DNA from: Methanomicrobia archaeon
Lineage (GTDB): Archaea > Halobacteriota > Bog-38 > Methanoflorentales > Methanoflorentaceae
Length of the DNA stretch: 64,000 bases
Assembly (NCBI GenBank): GCA_015661395.1
Contig: JACWML010000001.1
Span: forward strand, 19,273 to 83,272
Direction of reading: 5' to 3'
Part shown: positions 54,259 to 64,000 of the stretch, one piece after another
How the letters are laid out: every line of letters starts with the position of its first letter
How positions within the stretch are numbered: position 1 is the first letter of the stretch
The notes under the pieces: model-generated
What the model was told of the DNA's origin: nothing
What the model saw: only the letters and a program-made list of their open reading frames with translations
Database searches by the model: none
Program-made: the position numbers and the translations under genes

Positions 54259-55353
54259 GTGCAGACGGCTACCGACATAGGAGATGAGTTAACAGGCGCG
54301 CGCCTATCGCCGCTGGCACGCCTTCTAGTCATCGCAGCAAGCGTTATAATCATCCTCGCCGGCCTAAAGGCTGCAGCCGAAATTGCAGCTCCTATTCTTT
54401 TTGCGATCTTCCTTGCGACGCTCGCGAGTCCGTTGCTCCAAGGTCTTGAAAATCGGGGGCTCTCCACTGCCCGCGCTTTGGCAGTGATGATTGCTGGAAC
54501 GCTAGCGCTTGGCGGCGGCTTTGTCGCGCTAATTTACCTCTCGATTCGCCAGATCCTCATTCTGCCGTCCGCCGCGAACGCTGGAGCGCTTGGAGCTGCG
54601 CGCTCGTCGCTCGTAGGCCTCGGACTTAACGGAACGCTGGAACCAGCGAATATCCTCAGCGACAGGTTCGTGCTTCAAGCGAGCGGGGCTATCCTGCACG
54701 CCGTCAGCAGTGCGGTCCTGCAATTGGTCATCCTGATCACGCTGTTCGTCTTTTTCTTGATCGCGTTTCCGAGGTTCCGTTCTACAGAGCTCGTGGACTA
54801 CGTCGACTCGAACCCCCTATTTGCTCCGTTGCTGGCGGTCAGGAAAGACCTGTGGAGCTTCCTGGTCATTCGCACTAAAGTGAATGCCTTTATGGCGATT
54901 CCCGCCACGATCTTCCTCGTCGCAGCGGGCATCGACTTCGCTTTGCTATGGGGAGTCTTGCTCTTTATCTTCAGCTTTATTCCATACATCGGGTTCGCGC
55001 TGGCGACGATTCCACCCGCGTTGTTAGGGTGGATAGAGTACGGGCCTATCGGGGCGATCGCGGTCGTCCTCGTTTTTGTTATACTCAACATCATCGCGGA
55101 ATACATCCTCTTCCCCCGATACGCAGGCAAAGGGCTCAACATCCCGCCGTGGGTCGTGCTCGTTTCGGTGTTTTTCTGGGGCTGGCTTCTTGGCGCGCTG
55201 GGAACGCTTATTGCAGTGCCCATCACGTTGTTGATTCGAGTCTTGCTGAGCAATTTTACGGAGGCGCGCTGGCTTGTGGATGTTCTTGGAGGCGATGCCA
55301 CCAACATCGGGTCCGATGACGCACCGGATCCGACAGTCGCGTCAAAGCAGTAG
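54259..55353 (+). CDS. AI-2E/PerM (UPF0118) family transporter
   Basis: 364 aa, about 8 TM segments, with C-terminal FFWGWLLGALGTLIAVPIT, typical of the family. Confidence 0.8.
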   Translation: MQTATDIGDELTGARLSPLARLLVIAASVIIILAGLKAAAEIAAPILFAIFLATLASPLLQGLENRGLSTARALAVMIAGTLALGGGFVALIYLSIRQILILPSAANAGALGAARSSLVGLGLNGTLEPANILSDRFVLQASGAILHAVSSAVLQLVILITLFVFFLIAFPRFRSTELVDYVDSNPLFAPLLAVRKDLWSFLVIRTKVNAFMAIPATIFLVAAGIDFALLWGVLLFIFSFIPYIGFALATIPPALLGWIEYGPIGAIAVVLVFVILNIIAEYILFPRYAGKGLNIPPWVVLVSVFFWGWLLGALGTLIAVPITLLIRVLLSNFTEARWLVDVLGGDATNIGSDDAPDPTVASKQ

Positions 55354-55430
55354 ATGCGTTCGCTTTTCCCGTCTCGGATAGGGAATCCCAACCATTGGCT
55401 TGCCTAGAACGTCTGCGAAACATGATGAAC

Positions 55431-55649
55431 TCACTCAGGGACGAGCAGCGTGCTTGCGCCGTATAGTATCCCTGCTGCGACCACAAATACTCCGACATAG
55501 GCAACAAGTGCTTGGCTTGGGGTGGTGGCGCTCAACGTGTTGTTGGCTACGTAGATGAGGGCTATACCAGCAACTATTGCTATCGCAGCTACAGCAAGCC
55601 CTTTGCGCCCCTGTCGAACACGGGCGCCCCTATCCTCCGCTTGCGCCAT
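55431..55649 (-). CDS. Small hypothetical membrane protein
   Basis: 72 aa with two hydrophobic helices. Support is weak. Confidence 0.3.
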   Translation of the reverse strand: MAQAEDRGARVRQGRKGLAVAAIAIVAGIALIYVANNTLSATTPSQALVAYVGVFVVAAGILYGASTLLVPE

Positions 55650-56395
55650 GTGGTATCGGTCTCCTAACCCCGCTGATTCTTACGGCGACCAACGAGTAAC
55701 TCACCACTTTTGCTGTGTTCGAGACTCCGGACGCGACAGAAACCAATAAAAAGAGCATAAATTTGAAACAGAATGTGCCTATTTGCTAAGATCCTCGTGC
55801 CGTGACTAAGAGCGCATTGAAGGCGTAAGGCGATGTCCCGCTTGCCACGCGCGACACAGAAGGCTCCATAACAGCCATCTTTTGCGAGTCGCGCCAGTGA
55901 ATAGAGAGCAGTTAGTCGCTTTGACAGCACGAACTACGCTTCATCACGGATTTTCGCAGCACAGGGACCAACAGCACAACGTGGATCAATAGGGTCACTG
56001 CCAATACAAGGACGTGTATCAAGACGATTACGAAACCTAGTATCAGCAGCAATTTCGTGAGCGCTAGTTTGCCTAACATCCTTCACCTCGCGTACGACGG
56101 TACATCGCTTACCAGAACGTGCAGCCAGAGATAAACGTTTTCCCTCCTTGGCTTCGAACACCGGCCCAGCTTGAACGACGCGGAAAGACGAGAACAACGT
56201 GAGGCTTCGTCCGCCAGAGCGCAGAGCGCTCATCGGTCAGCCAAGAGCGACGCGTGCTCAAGCGCGTTGGCTCCGCACACTCTGTCGCCGCACGTGACTG
56301 ACGGTCAGCGAAACAACAAACGGGGAAGGCCCGTGGGCACCGTCCGTTCTTCGCTTATCGCCAGCCGTTTATAGGAAAATGCAAAACATGAGGCG

Positions 56396-57541
56396 ATGAA
56401 CGAAAAGAGTGAGATCGCTATACTGGTCGCCGTCTCGATCGTTTCATCTCTGCTCTTGTACCTACCCTTTGCGTTAAATGTTCACGCCATTCTGGGGGTA
56501 CAATTGCCAGCTACAGGGATCACCGTGATCGAGCGGTACTACGACGGACCGCTCTACGCCGTGGTTTCAAAAACGTTCTACGCCCCGAGCGCTAGTATCT
56601 ACGGTGCCCTTGGCTTGCCGGCGGCGTACTATGCAGCGCACTTGCCTGGGTACCCGTCCGTGATATGGCTCTTTTCGCTGGTAACTGCTCCGCTTACCGC
56701 GATGGTGGTGGCGAACCTTGTTATCTCCGCGGGGACAGTGGTCACTTTTTACGTGTTCACGGCGCGATTCAAACTGGTGCACGATCCATTTTCCTCCTCC
56801 CTGTTGTTCCTTTTCTTCCCACCGCGATGGTTCTTGTACCGAAGCGTCGGCGCATCCGAACCGCTGTTCATGCTCGTAAGCTTGCTGATGCTCTACGCTT
56901 TGAAGAAAGATGCGCCGGGCAAGGCGACGCTCTGCGGCGTCGCGGCTTCGCTGACACGGATATGGGGCGTGCTCAGTTTTTTTGTGCTGGTAGGTTCCTG
57001 GCTCTGGAATAAGAAACTGACACCAAAAAGAGTCGTATTAGCCCTCGCGGTCCCTGCATCCTTGTTGCTACTGTTCACGTTTTACGCGTATTCGCTGGGT
57101 AACTTCTTCGCCTACTTTGCGGTGAACGCGGGGTACCTGCAGATTATTCCCTTGCTGCTCATCCCTGCAAAAACCGTTCTTCCTGAGAGCAGCAGTGCAT
57201 TTGCTGGCGAGTGGTACGTCGTGCTCTTTTTCCTCTATGGCCTCGGTATTGTCAAGCTTTATGAAAAGCGCTTTCGAGAGCTCTTTCTGTACGCGCTCGT
57301 GATGTTTCTCCCGCTGCTGTTTGTTTTCCACGAAGACATTAGCCGGTATTTGCTGCCTATTGCACCGTTCGCACTCATCATCGGCTTCGACGAGCTCATC
57401 CCAAAGAAGCGAGTGCTTTTCCTTATCCCTCTCGCACTACTCTGCGTGGCAGCCTATCTTTACTGCGTGGCAGTCTTACCAACTAACGTGCTGCCACTTG
57501 ACGCGTTTCAACGTCTATCGCAAGCACTCGGAACCACCTGA
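56396..57541 (+). CDS. Polytopic membrane protein, possibly GT-C/PIG-V-like mannosyltransferase
   Basis: 381 aa, about 10 hydrophobic segments. Architecture-level guess only. Confidence 0.45.
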   Translation: MNEKSEIAILVAVSIVSSLLLYLPFALNVHAILGVQLPATGITVIERYYDGPLYAVVSKTFYAPSASIYGALGLPAAYYAAHLPGYPSVIWLFSLVTAPLTAMVVANLVISAGTVVTFYVFTARFKLVHDPFSSSLLFLFFPPRWFLYRSVGASEPLFMLVSLLMLYALKKDAPGKATLCGVAASLTRIWGVLSFFVLVGSWLWNKKLTPKRVVLALAVPASLLLLFTFYAYSLGNFFAYFAVNAGYLQIIPLLLIPAKTVLPESSSAFAGEWYVVLFFLYGLGIVKLYEKRFRELFLYALVMFLPLLFVFHEDISRYLLPIAPFALIIGFDELIPKKRVLFLIPLALLCVAAYLYCVAVLPTNVLPLDAFQRLSQALGTT

Positions 57542-58052
57542 TCAAAAAAGACCGACTAGTGGCTAGACCGGACCCAGCACGTTTGGCCACTACGCCGCTC
57601 CATTAATCTTCCTGATGTTCGCCTACAGCGGTCCCTTCAAGCTTGGCACCTCAGCTTGCATCGCCTTGAGTTCTGCAAGATCGACCTTAATTTCATCGGT
57701 CCGCTCCGCCACCCTGCAGGCTTGATTGGAAGCTGTGCGCCACATTCACGGGCGGCCTGCAATCAGACGAACGACTAAATGTCTATTCACATGAGCCGAG
57801 ATAAGACAAAAGCGCGCGGGTTGTGCGTTAATAGCTTTGCTCAGCGGTTCTAAGCCACAACATGAACACGCTCGGCATCAACTGGGCTTAACGCGAAGGG
57901 TGGACGATTTCAAAGTCACACGGCCAAAACTGCAAAAAAACGGTCGGACAAAGCTCCAATTATTGGCGCCCGTATGCTCGTCCGCTGACGACAGTATCGA
58001 ATCAGCGAGTAGATATGAGTGCGACACGCGTCGCTCGTTCAACGTAAGCGTC

Positions 58053-58268
58053 TCAATCTGCCGCGCCGTGTATGCAAAAGTAGGCGCCGCCTAGGCTATA
58101 TTCCGCGTAGAGGGGGCAGCTCAAGCAGTTACACCCCTTCATTGCGGGCTTCTTTTCGCTCACGCCCATTGCACAGTACGTGCCATCGGTAAGGTCGTTT
58201 TTTTGAAAGGTCGGACAGCCGGGGCAGATGCACTTCATCATCGTGTCTTGATTAAGTGGAACTTTCAC
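58053..58268 (-). CDS. DUF2769-like small cysteine-rich protein
   Basis: 71 aa with CICPGCPTF...CNCLSCPLY...FCIHG. Confidence 0.6.
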   Translation of the reverse strand: MKVPLNQDTMMKCICPGCPTFQKNDLTDGTYCAMGVSEKKPAMKGCNCLSCPLYAEYSLGGAYFCIHGAAD

Positions 58269-58432
58269 GGGATTCGCCTCCAGATCGTCAACGTGCGCAG
58301 ACTATTAATGCCTTTCTTCATGCGTTCAACTTGGTAGAGGGCGTATGCTCGCGATCATGGTCAGCAGTGCTATTCCCAATGGAACTAGCTAACGTGAAGT
58401 AAGAGCTCAATTATGAGTACTGAGGTAGTGAA

Positions 58433-58681
58433 TCACTGAGCGCTTTCGATGCGTTCAACTCCTTTGAGCGTAAGCGATGCGTACAGCGTGCCCTCATACG
58501 AAGCGATAAACCCTTTTGCCTCCAAGTACTCGACGATCGTTTCGAGTGTCTCCCAATCAAACCCGTGCTTTTCGCCGACGTCATACGAATCAATTAGGAC
58601 CCCGAATCGACCCTGCGCAATAGTGTACATTTCGCGCAAGAATCGCCGCTTTTTCTCCTTCATCTCAGCTGCAAAGCTCAT
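58433..58681 (-). CDS. Small putative winged-helix protein, paralog B
   Basis: 82 aa from ATG 58681. The core is FLREMYTIAQG...EKHGFDWETLETIVEYLEAKGFIA...LTLKGVERIE. Confidence 0.4.
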   Translation of the reverse strand: MSFAAEMKEKKRRFLREMYTIAQGRFGVLIDSYDVGEKHGFDWETLETIVEYLEAKGFIASYEGTLYASLTLKGVERIESAQ

Positions 58682-58763
58682 CGCGTAATGCAATACAAAT
58701 CTGAAGGGAAAAACGTTGCGAGAGCTGAGCGAAAATGAACTGACGCCGCGCACCACGTCACTC

Positions 58764-59165
58764 ATGCTCGCCTACGCGGGCCCACAACTCTTCCGGACGC
58801 AAGACGAAAAGCCCCTGTTGAGCAGAAACAAGCAAATAAATCCCAAAAGGCTGCGTAAGCTTTTTGTAATTGCAGCGAAACTGTATGCCGAGATGGTAGA
58901 GAGCTGGTCTACCGAGGATGCCAATCGAGCGGTCATAGCCATTGCCGTTATCCTCAAACGTGTCGGAGCCCTTCCAAAGGTGCTCGCAGACGCCTATCAG
59001 CACGAGATCGAGATGGGTGAAGTGTCAGTAACGCGACGCTTCTACGAACAACTGGCGGTCAACTGCCCAGCCGCGCTTGATTACTTCACGGAGCGCGCGG
59101 CTGACGCGCGCGAAAGCGAAAAAGATCGCGTCGAAGGCTCTCTTCGACAGATTCCAATCGATTGA
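58764..59165 (+). CDS. Hypothetical protein
   Basis: An ORF with plausible coding look. The start is uncertain (TTG 58716 or ATG 58764). No family recognised. Confidence 0.3.
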   Translation: MLAYAGPQLFRTQDEKPLLSRNKQINPKRLRKLFVIAAKLYAEMVESWSTEDANRAVIAIAVILKRVGALPKVLADAYQHEIEMGEVSVTRRFYEQLAVNCPAALDYFTERAADARESEKDRVEGSLRQIPID

Positions 59166-59200
59166 TTAACGCGCGCCACATAGGCGAGTGCGCCTCCATC

Positions 59201-59920
59201 TCATGAGGATTTCAATAATCCGAAGTGCTCTATTCCTTCGATGATTCCTGCAGCGTAGTTTTCGCGCGCCCAGTAAACGTCCTCAGGCAGCGCGTCAGCG
59301 TTGAGCTCCGATTTATGGTTGCCGACGACGACCGCCAAAAACCCTGCAGAGAGCAGCTCGATGTCGTTCCCGCTATCGCCCGCCGCGAGGACGCTGCGTG
59401 GACGAATTCGAAGCCTCTTTCTAACGTAGCCGACCGCTTCTCCCTTCCCCGCTCGTTCCGGAATGACGTCGAGGTCGGTCCCGCTCGAGTAGACAACCTT
59501 GTGTGCGATGCCGATCTCATCGAGCCGCTTATGGATCTCTGGTATGACGACATCGGCTTTGCGAAAAAGATGATAGCTCTGCTTAAACTCAAACTGGCGC
59601 GACTGTTGGAAAAGATACGGTATCGTCGCAAGTGCCTGGTGTAGCTCAAGGCGGTCCCACTGACGATCGATGTGCCGCGTCCACGCGTCATCCCGCCGGT
59701 AATCGGGCCCCTCATAGACTTCTGTGCCGACGTTACACAGCAAGTAATCCGGCTCGCGTAAGCACTCGGCGACCATAATCTCAAACATTTGGATCTTATC
59801 GCGGCCCGTGACGTAAGCGACAGTGACGTCACGATGCATCGAGAGCAGTGCGACTAGGCTTGAGTAAGCGGCGCGGTCACCCGTGAGCGTGTTGTCGACG
59901 TCGGTAGCGAGCAGCTTCAT
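59201..59920 (-). CDS. HAD-IIB hydrolase (sucrose-phosphate-phosphatase/MPGP-like)
   Basis: Motif I LLATDVDNTLT and motif IV AGDSGNDIELL. Confidence 0.8.
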   Translation of the reverse strand: MKLLATDVDNTLTGDRAAYSSLVALLSMHRDVTVAYVTGRDKIQMFEIMVAECLREPDYLLCNVGTEVYEGPDYRRDDAWTRHIDRQWDRLELHQALATIPYLFQQSRQFEFKQSYHLFRKADVVIPEIHKRLDEIGIAHKVVYSSGTDLDVIPERAGKGEAVGYVRKRLRIRPRSVLAAGDSGNDIELLSAGFLAVVVGNHKSELNADALPEDVYWARENYAAGIIEGIEHFGLLKSS

Positions 59921-60201
59921 GCTCTCTTCTCATTGCGCCCCGTCGTATTTAGCATCTGTGACCAGAGGCGTGCGGTCGCGGGCAGTAGTCATACCTCCGG
60001 TCGTCCGTGTGCCACCCACACGAGGCGCAGCGCCTGGCCGGGGGAACCGCCTGCCGACACAACAGAAACAGGATTATCGGGAGAAACACGAACACGAGTG
60101 GCTTGTGAAGCGTGGCGATGAGAACGACAGTGGACGCCCTCGGTCCGATAAACGCTATTGCGAGAAGAGCTGTATCCGGATGCTTTGTGGCCCTATTGCC
60201 G

Positions 60202-61020
60202 TTATGGGCTAAAATGGGTTTCGGAAGTGTACGAGCCGAGCACCTTTAGTCGCGATACGTGCTTTTGTAGCGCACTTAACGCATCCAAGACCACGGAGTC
60301 GGACGCACTGCCCTGAAGGTCGATGTAGAAGATGTACTCACCGAGCGACCGCTTTGCGGGCCGCGACTCAATCTTCGTGAGGTTAAGCTGCCGTTCCGCA
60401 AACACGTGGAGCACCTCATAGAGGGCCCCTGGTCTATCCCGTTTCAGCTCGAGCACGATTGACGTCTTCAAATCCTCTTGAACGTTCGGCTGTCCACCAC
60501 GCCGCTTCACGACGACGAATCGTGTGAAGTTCTCTTTGACATCCTGAATGTCCGCCTCGATGATCTGCAGGTGATAGCGTTCCACGGCACGAGATGATGC
60601 AATCGCTGCCGCGCGTCGATCCTCGCTCGCCATGTGCGCAGCTTGTGACGTACTGCTCACCGCGACCACTTGCCGCCCAAACGCGCGCAAAAACGTGTTG
60701 CACTGAGCGATTGCTTGCCAATGAGAGTACACCACTTGAACGTCTGCGCCCTCGAGGGCCGCAAGAAAGTGGCGTATGGGTAGGATGATTTCGCGGGCGA
60801 TCTGCAAGGGCAGGGTGAGCAGCACGTCGAGCGCGGTTCCGACCGACCCCTCGATCGAGTTCTCCAAGGGGATGACGCCGCAGTCAAGCTGGCGCCCGAT
60901 AAGGTCACGGGCAACGTCTTCTATGGTGGTAAAGTAACACAGCGTGTCTTCTGGAAAGCCCAGAGCTAGCGCGGCCACCTCACTGTACGTCCCTTTTGGT
61001 CCGAGCACGCCAACGAGCAT
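60202..61020 (-). CDS. pheA: Prephenate dehydratase (PDT plus ACT domains)
   Basis: 272 aa with GPKGTYSE and [21 protein letters not shown]. Confidence 0.9.
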   Translation of the reverse strand: MLVGVLGPKGTYSEVAALALGFPEDTLCYFTTIEDVARDLIGRQLDCGVIPLENSIEGSVGTALDVLLTLPLQIAREIILPIRHFLAALEGADVQVVYSHWQAIAQCNTFLRAFGRQVVAVSSTSQAAHMASEDRRAAAIASSRAVERYHLQIIEADIQDVKENFTRFVVVKRRGGQPNVQEDLKTSIVLELKRDRPGALYEVLHVFAERQLNLTKIESRPAKRSLGEYIFYIDLQGSASDSVVLDALSALQKHVSRLKVLGSYTSETHFSP

Positions 61021-61120
61021 ACGTTCTCTTTCTGGTCGCTTGAGTAATAAGGGTTCTTCAAAAAAGTTTATATCGGAAGCCGCGTTACTGTGTTACACTT
61101 TAGCAATATGGAGGATTGAC

Positions 61121-61918
61121 ATGGAAACAGGCAAAGTAGTACGACTAGAGCGTATCACCAATCGGGAGAGCGGCAACATCGTTATCATCCCGATGGATCA
61201 CGGAATCTCTATAGGCCCGGTCAAAGGCCTCGTAAACCTTTCCGACATCGTGAATAAGGTGGCCGCCGGAGGAGCAAACGCAGTTTTAATGCAGAAGGGA
61301 ATGGTGGCACACGGTCATCGCGGGTACGGCCGCGATATCGGGCTGATCGTCCACATGAGCGCCTCGACCTCATTGGGCCCCGACCCAAACGACAAGGTGC
61401 TCGTGTGTACGGTCGAGGAGGCCCTCAAAGTAGGCGCGGACGCGGTCAGCGTGCACATAAACATCGGCTCGGAGACGGAAGCAAACCAGCTTCAAAAGCT
61501 TGGTCACGTTGCGGAACGCTGCAACGAATGGAGCATGCCCCTCCTCGCCATGATGTACCCCCGCGGTACCAAGGTCTCGGACCAGTACGGCGAGGAGGTC
61601 GTCGCCCACGCCGCGCGCGCAGGCGCAGAGCTTGGTGCCGACATGATCAAGACGAACTACACCGGCGACCCTGATTCGTTTGGACGCGTGGTCGAAAGCT
61701 GTCCGGTACCAGTCATCATCGCCGGAGGCCCCAAAGTAGACACGGACACTGAGCTCCTCCAGATGATCTCAGACGCGATCGCGGTAGGGGCACGAGGCGT
61801 GGCCATCGGGCGCAACGTGTTCCAGCACGACAAGCCGACTCACATCGTTCGCGCGATATCGCGCATCGTGCATGACAACGCTTCCGTCGAAGAGGCGCTC
61901 CAAGAACTAGAGCGTTAA
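61121..61918 (+). CDS. aroA': 2-amino-3,7-dideoxy-D-threo-hept-6-ulosonate synthase (DhnA-type aldolase paralog 2)
   Basis: 265 aa from ATG 61121, with TATA-like GTTTATAT about 50 nt upstream. It lies first in a cluster with DHQ synthase II, aroD and aroE. Confidence 0.8.
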   Translation: METGKVVRLERITNRESGNIVIIPMDHGISIGPVKGLVNLSDIVNKVAAGGANAVLMQKGMVAHGHRGYGRDIGLIVHMSASTSLGPDPNDKVLVCTVEEALKVGADAVSVHINIGSETEANQLQKLGHVAERCNEWSMPLLAMMYPRGTKVSDQYGEEVVAHAARAGAELGADMIKTNYTGDPDSFGRVVESCPVPVIIAGGPKVDTDTELLQMISDAIAVGARGVAIGRNVFQHDKPTHIVRAISRIVHDNASVEEALQELER

Positions 61919-61956
61919 CGTTAAATGACTGAGGGCGATGTGCATGGTGGGAAATT

Positions 61957-63078
61957 ATGAAGAGCGTGTGGATTAAGGCGGACGCGGGCCAGTGGGAGGA
62001 ACGAAAGCCGATCATTACCTTCGCGCTCGAATCGGGCGCCGATTGCGTGTTGGTCAACGAAACAGACGTGGATGCCGTGAAGCAACTTGGCGGGATAGCC
62101 GTGGCGGCCTTTGACGAGGGGCGAGACGATCACGCTGACATTTGCGTCGTGGGAAGAGGTGGAGAAGGCGACGGAACGCTCCTTCTTCCAAGCACGACAA
62201 CCGACGCGACCGACTACAAACGGCTAAGCTCGCTGGCCGCTGAGACGGCGGCCTATGTCGTGATCTCCGATAAAGCCCATGAGCGGTTCGCACAAGAGGT
62301 CGCAACGGCGTGCGGCCACCTCATCATCATCGGAACGGATTGGAAGGTCATCCCCCTTGAGAACTTGATCGCCGCGTTGCAGGGAACTGTCGACATTATC
62401 GCCGGCGTAAGATCGTTCGAAGAGGCAAAAACCGCGCTTGAGACCTTGGAACACGGTGCGGACGGCGTGCTCCTCGATACCGATGATCTATCACAAGTCG
62501 CAAAAACGATCGAATTTGCGCATAAATCAGAGCACATCATCGAGCTTGTACCCGCCACCGTAACGACCGTGAAGCCTGTCGGCATGGGCGACCGCGTGTG
62601 CATCGACACGTGTTCACTCATGGTCAGCGGCGAGGGCATGCTTATCGGGTCAGGCGCCAACGGCTTTTTCCTAGTCCACGCGGAGACCGAAGAGAGCCCG
62701 TACGTCGCTCCGAGGCCGTTTCGCGTAAATGCCGGACCGGTGCACGCGTATATCTATGGGGAGGAAAAGACGCGCTACCTCTCTGAGCTACAGGCAGGAG
62801 ACGACGTGATGATCGTGCGCAGTGACGGGGAGACGCGTCACGGCGTGATCGGCCGCGTAAAGATTGAGCGGCGCCCACTCATTCTGATTGAGGCTGACGT
62901 GGACGGGACGACGATCAAGACGCTGCTTCAGAACGCCGAGACGATCAAGCTTGTCGCGAAAGGGGGCACACCCATCGCCGTTACCGAATTGAAACCAGGA
63001 GATGTGGTGCTAACGCACTGCGAGCGAGCAGGACGGCATTTCGGCATAGGCGTCGAGGAGACGCTCATCGAGAGGTGA
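61957..63078 (+). CDS. aroB': 3-dehydroquinate synthase II (archaeal type)
   Basis: 373 aa. Begins MKSVWIKAD..., with family-typical length and context directly after the ADH synthase gene. Confidence 0.85.
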   Translation: MKSVWIKADAGQWEERKPIITFALESGADCVLVNETDVDAVKQLGGIAVAAFDEGRDDHADICVVGRGGEGDGTLLLPSTTTDATDYKRLSSLAAETAAYVVISDKAHERFAQEVATACGHLIIIGTDWKVIPLENLIAALQGTVDIIAGVRSFEEAKTALETLEHGADGVLLDTDDLSQVAKTIEFAHKSEHIIELVPATVTTVKPVGMGDRVCIDTCSLMVSGEGMLIGSGANGFFLVHAETEESPYVAPRPFRVNAGPVHAYIYGEEKTRYLSELQAGDDVMIVRSDGETRHGVIGRVKIERRPLILIEADVDGTTIKTLLQNAETIKLVAKGGTPIAVTELKPGDVVLTHCERAGRHFGIGVEETLIER

Positions 63079-63082
63079 TGAT

Positions 63083-63811
63083 GTGATTCAGCTAGGCGAT
63101 GTGATTATTGGAGGAGACGAAGGACCAAAGATCGTCGGGGTCATATACGAGCCAGGCCAAGCGCGACAGGCCGTTGAGGAGGGGGCGGATATCATCGAGT
63201 TTCGCGTCGATCTCGCTGATGATACGAACGGCGTACTGCGCGACCTCGAAGAGGTCTCGCTACCCGTCATTCTCACGAACCGTCGAGTCGAAGAGGGCGG
63301 TAACGCCGCGATGAACCGCCGCGAGCAGCTCGTCCCCCTCATTTCGTACGCGTCGATCGTCGACATTGAGCTCATGGCGCCGGATAGGGACGACCTGATT
63401 GCTGAAGCGGCGACGCACGGGCGTCCGACGTTGATCTCTTATCACGACCTCGACGGAACGCCTGCGGAAGCTGCAATGCTTGAAATCGTGCGAACGGCAA
63501 ATGGTTACGGCGACGTCGTCAAGCTAGCAGTCACCATTGAGCACCTGCGAGACGTGCCGAGGGTGCTTGACATGAGCCTAGCCGTGCGAGAAGAGGGCTT
63601 TACTTTCTGCCTGGTGCCCATGGGCGCCCTCGGATCACATATCAGGCCACTTATGGGAATTTACGGTTCATCGCTGCTTTATGGGTACGTGGGACAGCAC
63701 ATCTCCCCCAAGATGCGGCCGTACGGATTCACCGGAAAGCGCGCATCACCCGGGATGCTCAGCGTTTCACGGCTAAAGCGCGCAATTGAAGAGATCCGTT
63801 CATGGCAGTAA
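63083..63811 (+). CDS. aroD: 3-dehydroquinate dehydratase, type I
   Basis: 242 aa with IIEFRVDL and SYHDLDGTP motifs. GTG start. Confidence 0.85.
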   Translation: MIQLGDVIIGGDEGPKIVGVIYEPGQARQAVEEGADIIEFRVDLADDTNGVLRDLEEVSLPVILTNRRVEEGGNAAMNRREQLVPLISYASIVDIELMAPDRDDLIAEAATHGRPTLISYHDLDGTPAEAAMLEIVRTANGYGDVVKLAVTIEHLRDVPRVLDMSLAVREEGFTFCLVPMGALGSHIRPLMGIYGSSLLYGYVGQHISPKMRPYGFTGKRASPGMLSVSRLKRAIEEIRSWQ

Positions 63812-64000
63812 CGACCGTTTATGGCGTGCTTGGCAGCCCGATAGCTCATTCGCTTTCGCCGGTCATGCATAACGCCGCGTTCGCCGCGCTGGACCTCGAT
63901 GCGGCGTACATCGCCTTCGACGTGGACAAGGAGCGCGCTGAAATGGCAATACGGGGAGCGCGGGCGCTCGGGTTTGGCGGACTCAACATTACCTTTCCCC
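63802..64000 (+). CDS. aroE: Shikimate dehydrogenase (5' part, runs off the window)
   Basis: MAVTTVYGVLGSPIAHSLSPVMHNAAFAAL. Overlaps the aroD stop by 10 nt. Confidence 0.85.
   Translation, partial: MAVTTVYGVLGSPIAHSLSPVMHNAAFAALDLDAAYIAFDVDKERAEMAIRGARALGFGGLNITFP

Noticed and set aside
55664-56374. Several 60-100-aa ORFs on both strands between the AI-2E transporter region and the 381-aa membrane protein
   Set aside because: The ORFs overlap one another and are Arg-rich or low-complexity. None has a recognisable motif or a convincing ribosome-binding site.
57545-58050. 500-nt gap, examined for a gene or RNA; contains a 40-codon minus-strand ORF ending ...DEIKVDLAELKAMQAEVPSLKGPL
   Set aside because: The ORF is too short and featureless to call. 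No tRNA-like or box C/D-like signatures were found by eye.
60944-61120. 59-codon upstream extension of the ADH synthase ORF
   Set aside because: It overlaps the pheA start on the other strand. A TATA-like element and the family-typical N-terminus ([12 protein letters not shown]) favour ATG 61121.
1-64000. Search for CRISPR arrays, rRNA genes, IS elements, transposases and integrases
   Set aside because: No spaced repeat series with three or more units was seen. No rRNA-like sequence was found. No DDE, tyrosine or serine recombinase motifs were recognised in any listed ORF. The only tandem repeats have two units.

Overview
This is an archaeal chromosomal segment, probably euryarchaeal. The evidence is TBP, membrane LonB, aTrm11, an ArcS-type domain, a PGF-CTERM surface protein, and the ADH-synthase/DHQ-synthase-II aromatic pathway. 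GC looks mid-to-high 50s percent by eye.

Most of the window is housekeeping:
- Branched-chain amino acid genes: ilvE, and cimA/leuA-ilvB-ilvN-ilvC.
- hisA-hisB.
- pheA divergent from aroA'-aroB'-aroD-aroE.
- metG, tbp, lonB, metK/ahcY, one tRNA, and glycosyltransferases.

Several non-routine regions sit among these:
1. A rearranged mosaic at about 9.9-15.5 kb. An FTR-like/thioredoxin/CcdA module is partly duplicated. The 5' and 3' stubs of an NfnAB/SudBA-type operon bracket an orphan PUA fragment and an intact, GC-richer pntAA-pntAB-pntB operon.
2. A lower-GC islet at about 25.9-29.4 kb, with a heavily decayed cbiM and a 665-aa zinc-ribbon plus DnaB-like protein whose Walker A motif is degenerate.
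3. A hicB-hicA pair and a small palindromic insert next to a YprB/MrfB-like exonuclease and a YprA/MrfA-like helicase.
4. Two unrelated genes (cimA/leuA and the helicase) whose conserved N-termini begin directly after an identical GTGAGGG heptamer, with no canonical start codon in frame.
5. A bacterial-type MetK with an insertion at the gating loop.
6. A kinase-kinase-phosphatase operon.

No CRISPR array, rRNA, transposase or integrase was recognised. All homology calls are from motif recognition by eye, not from searches.
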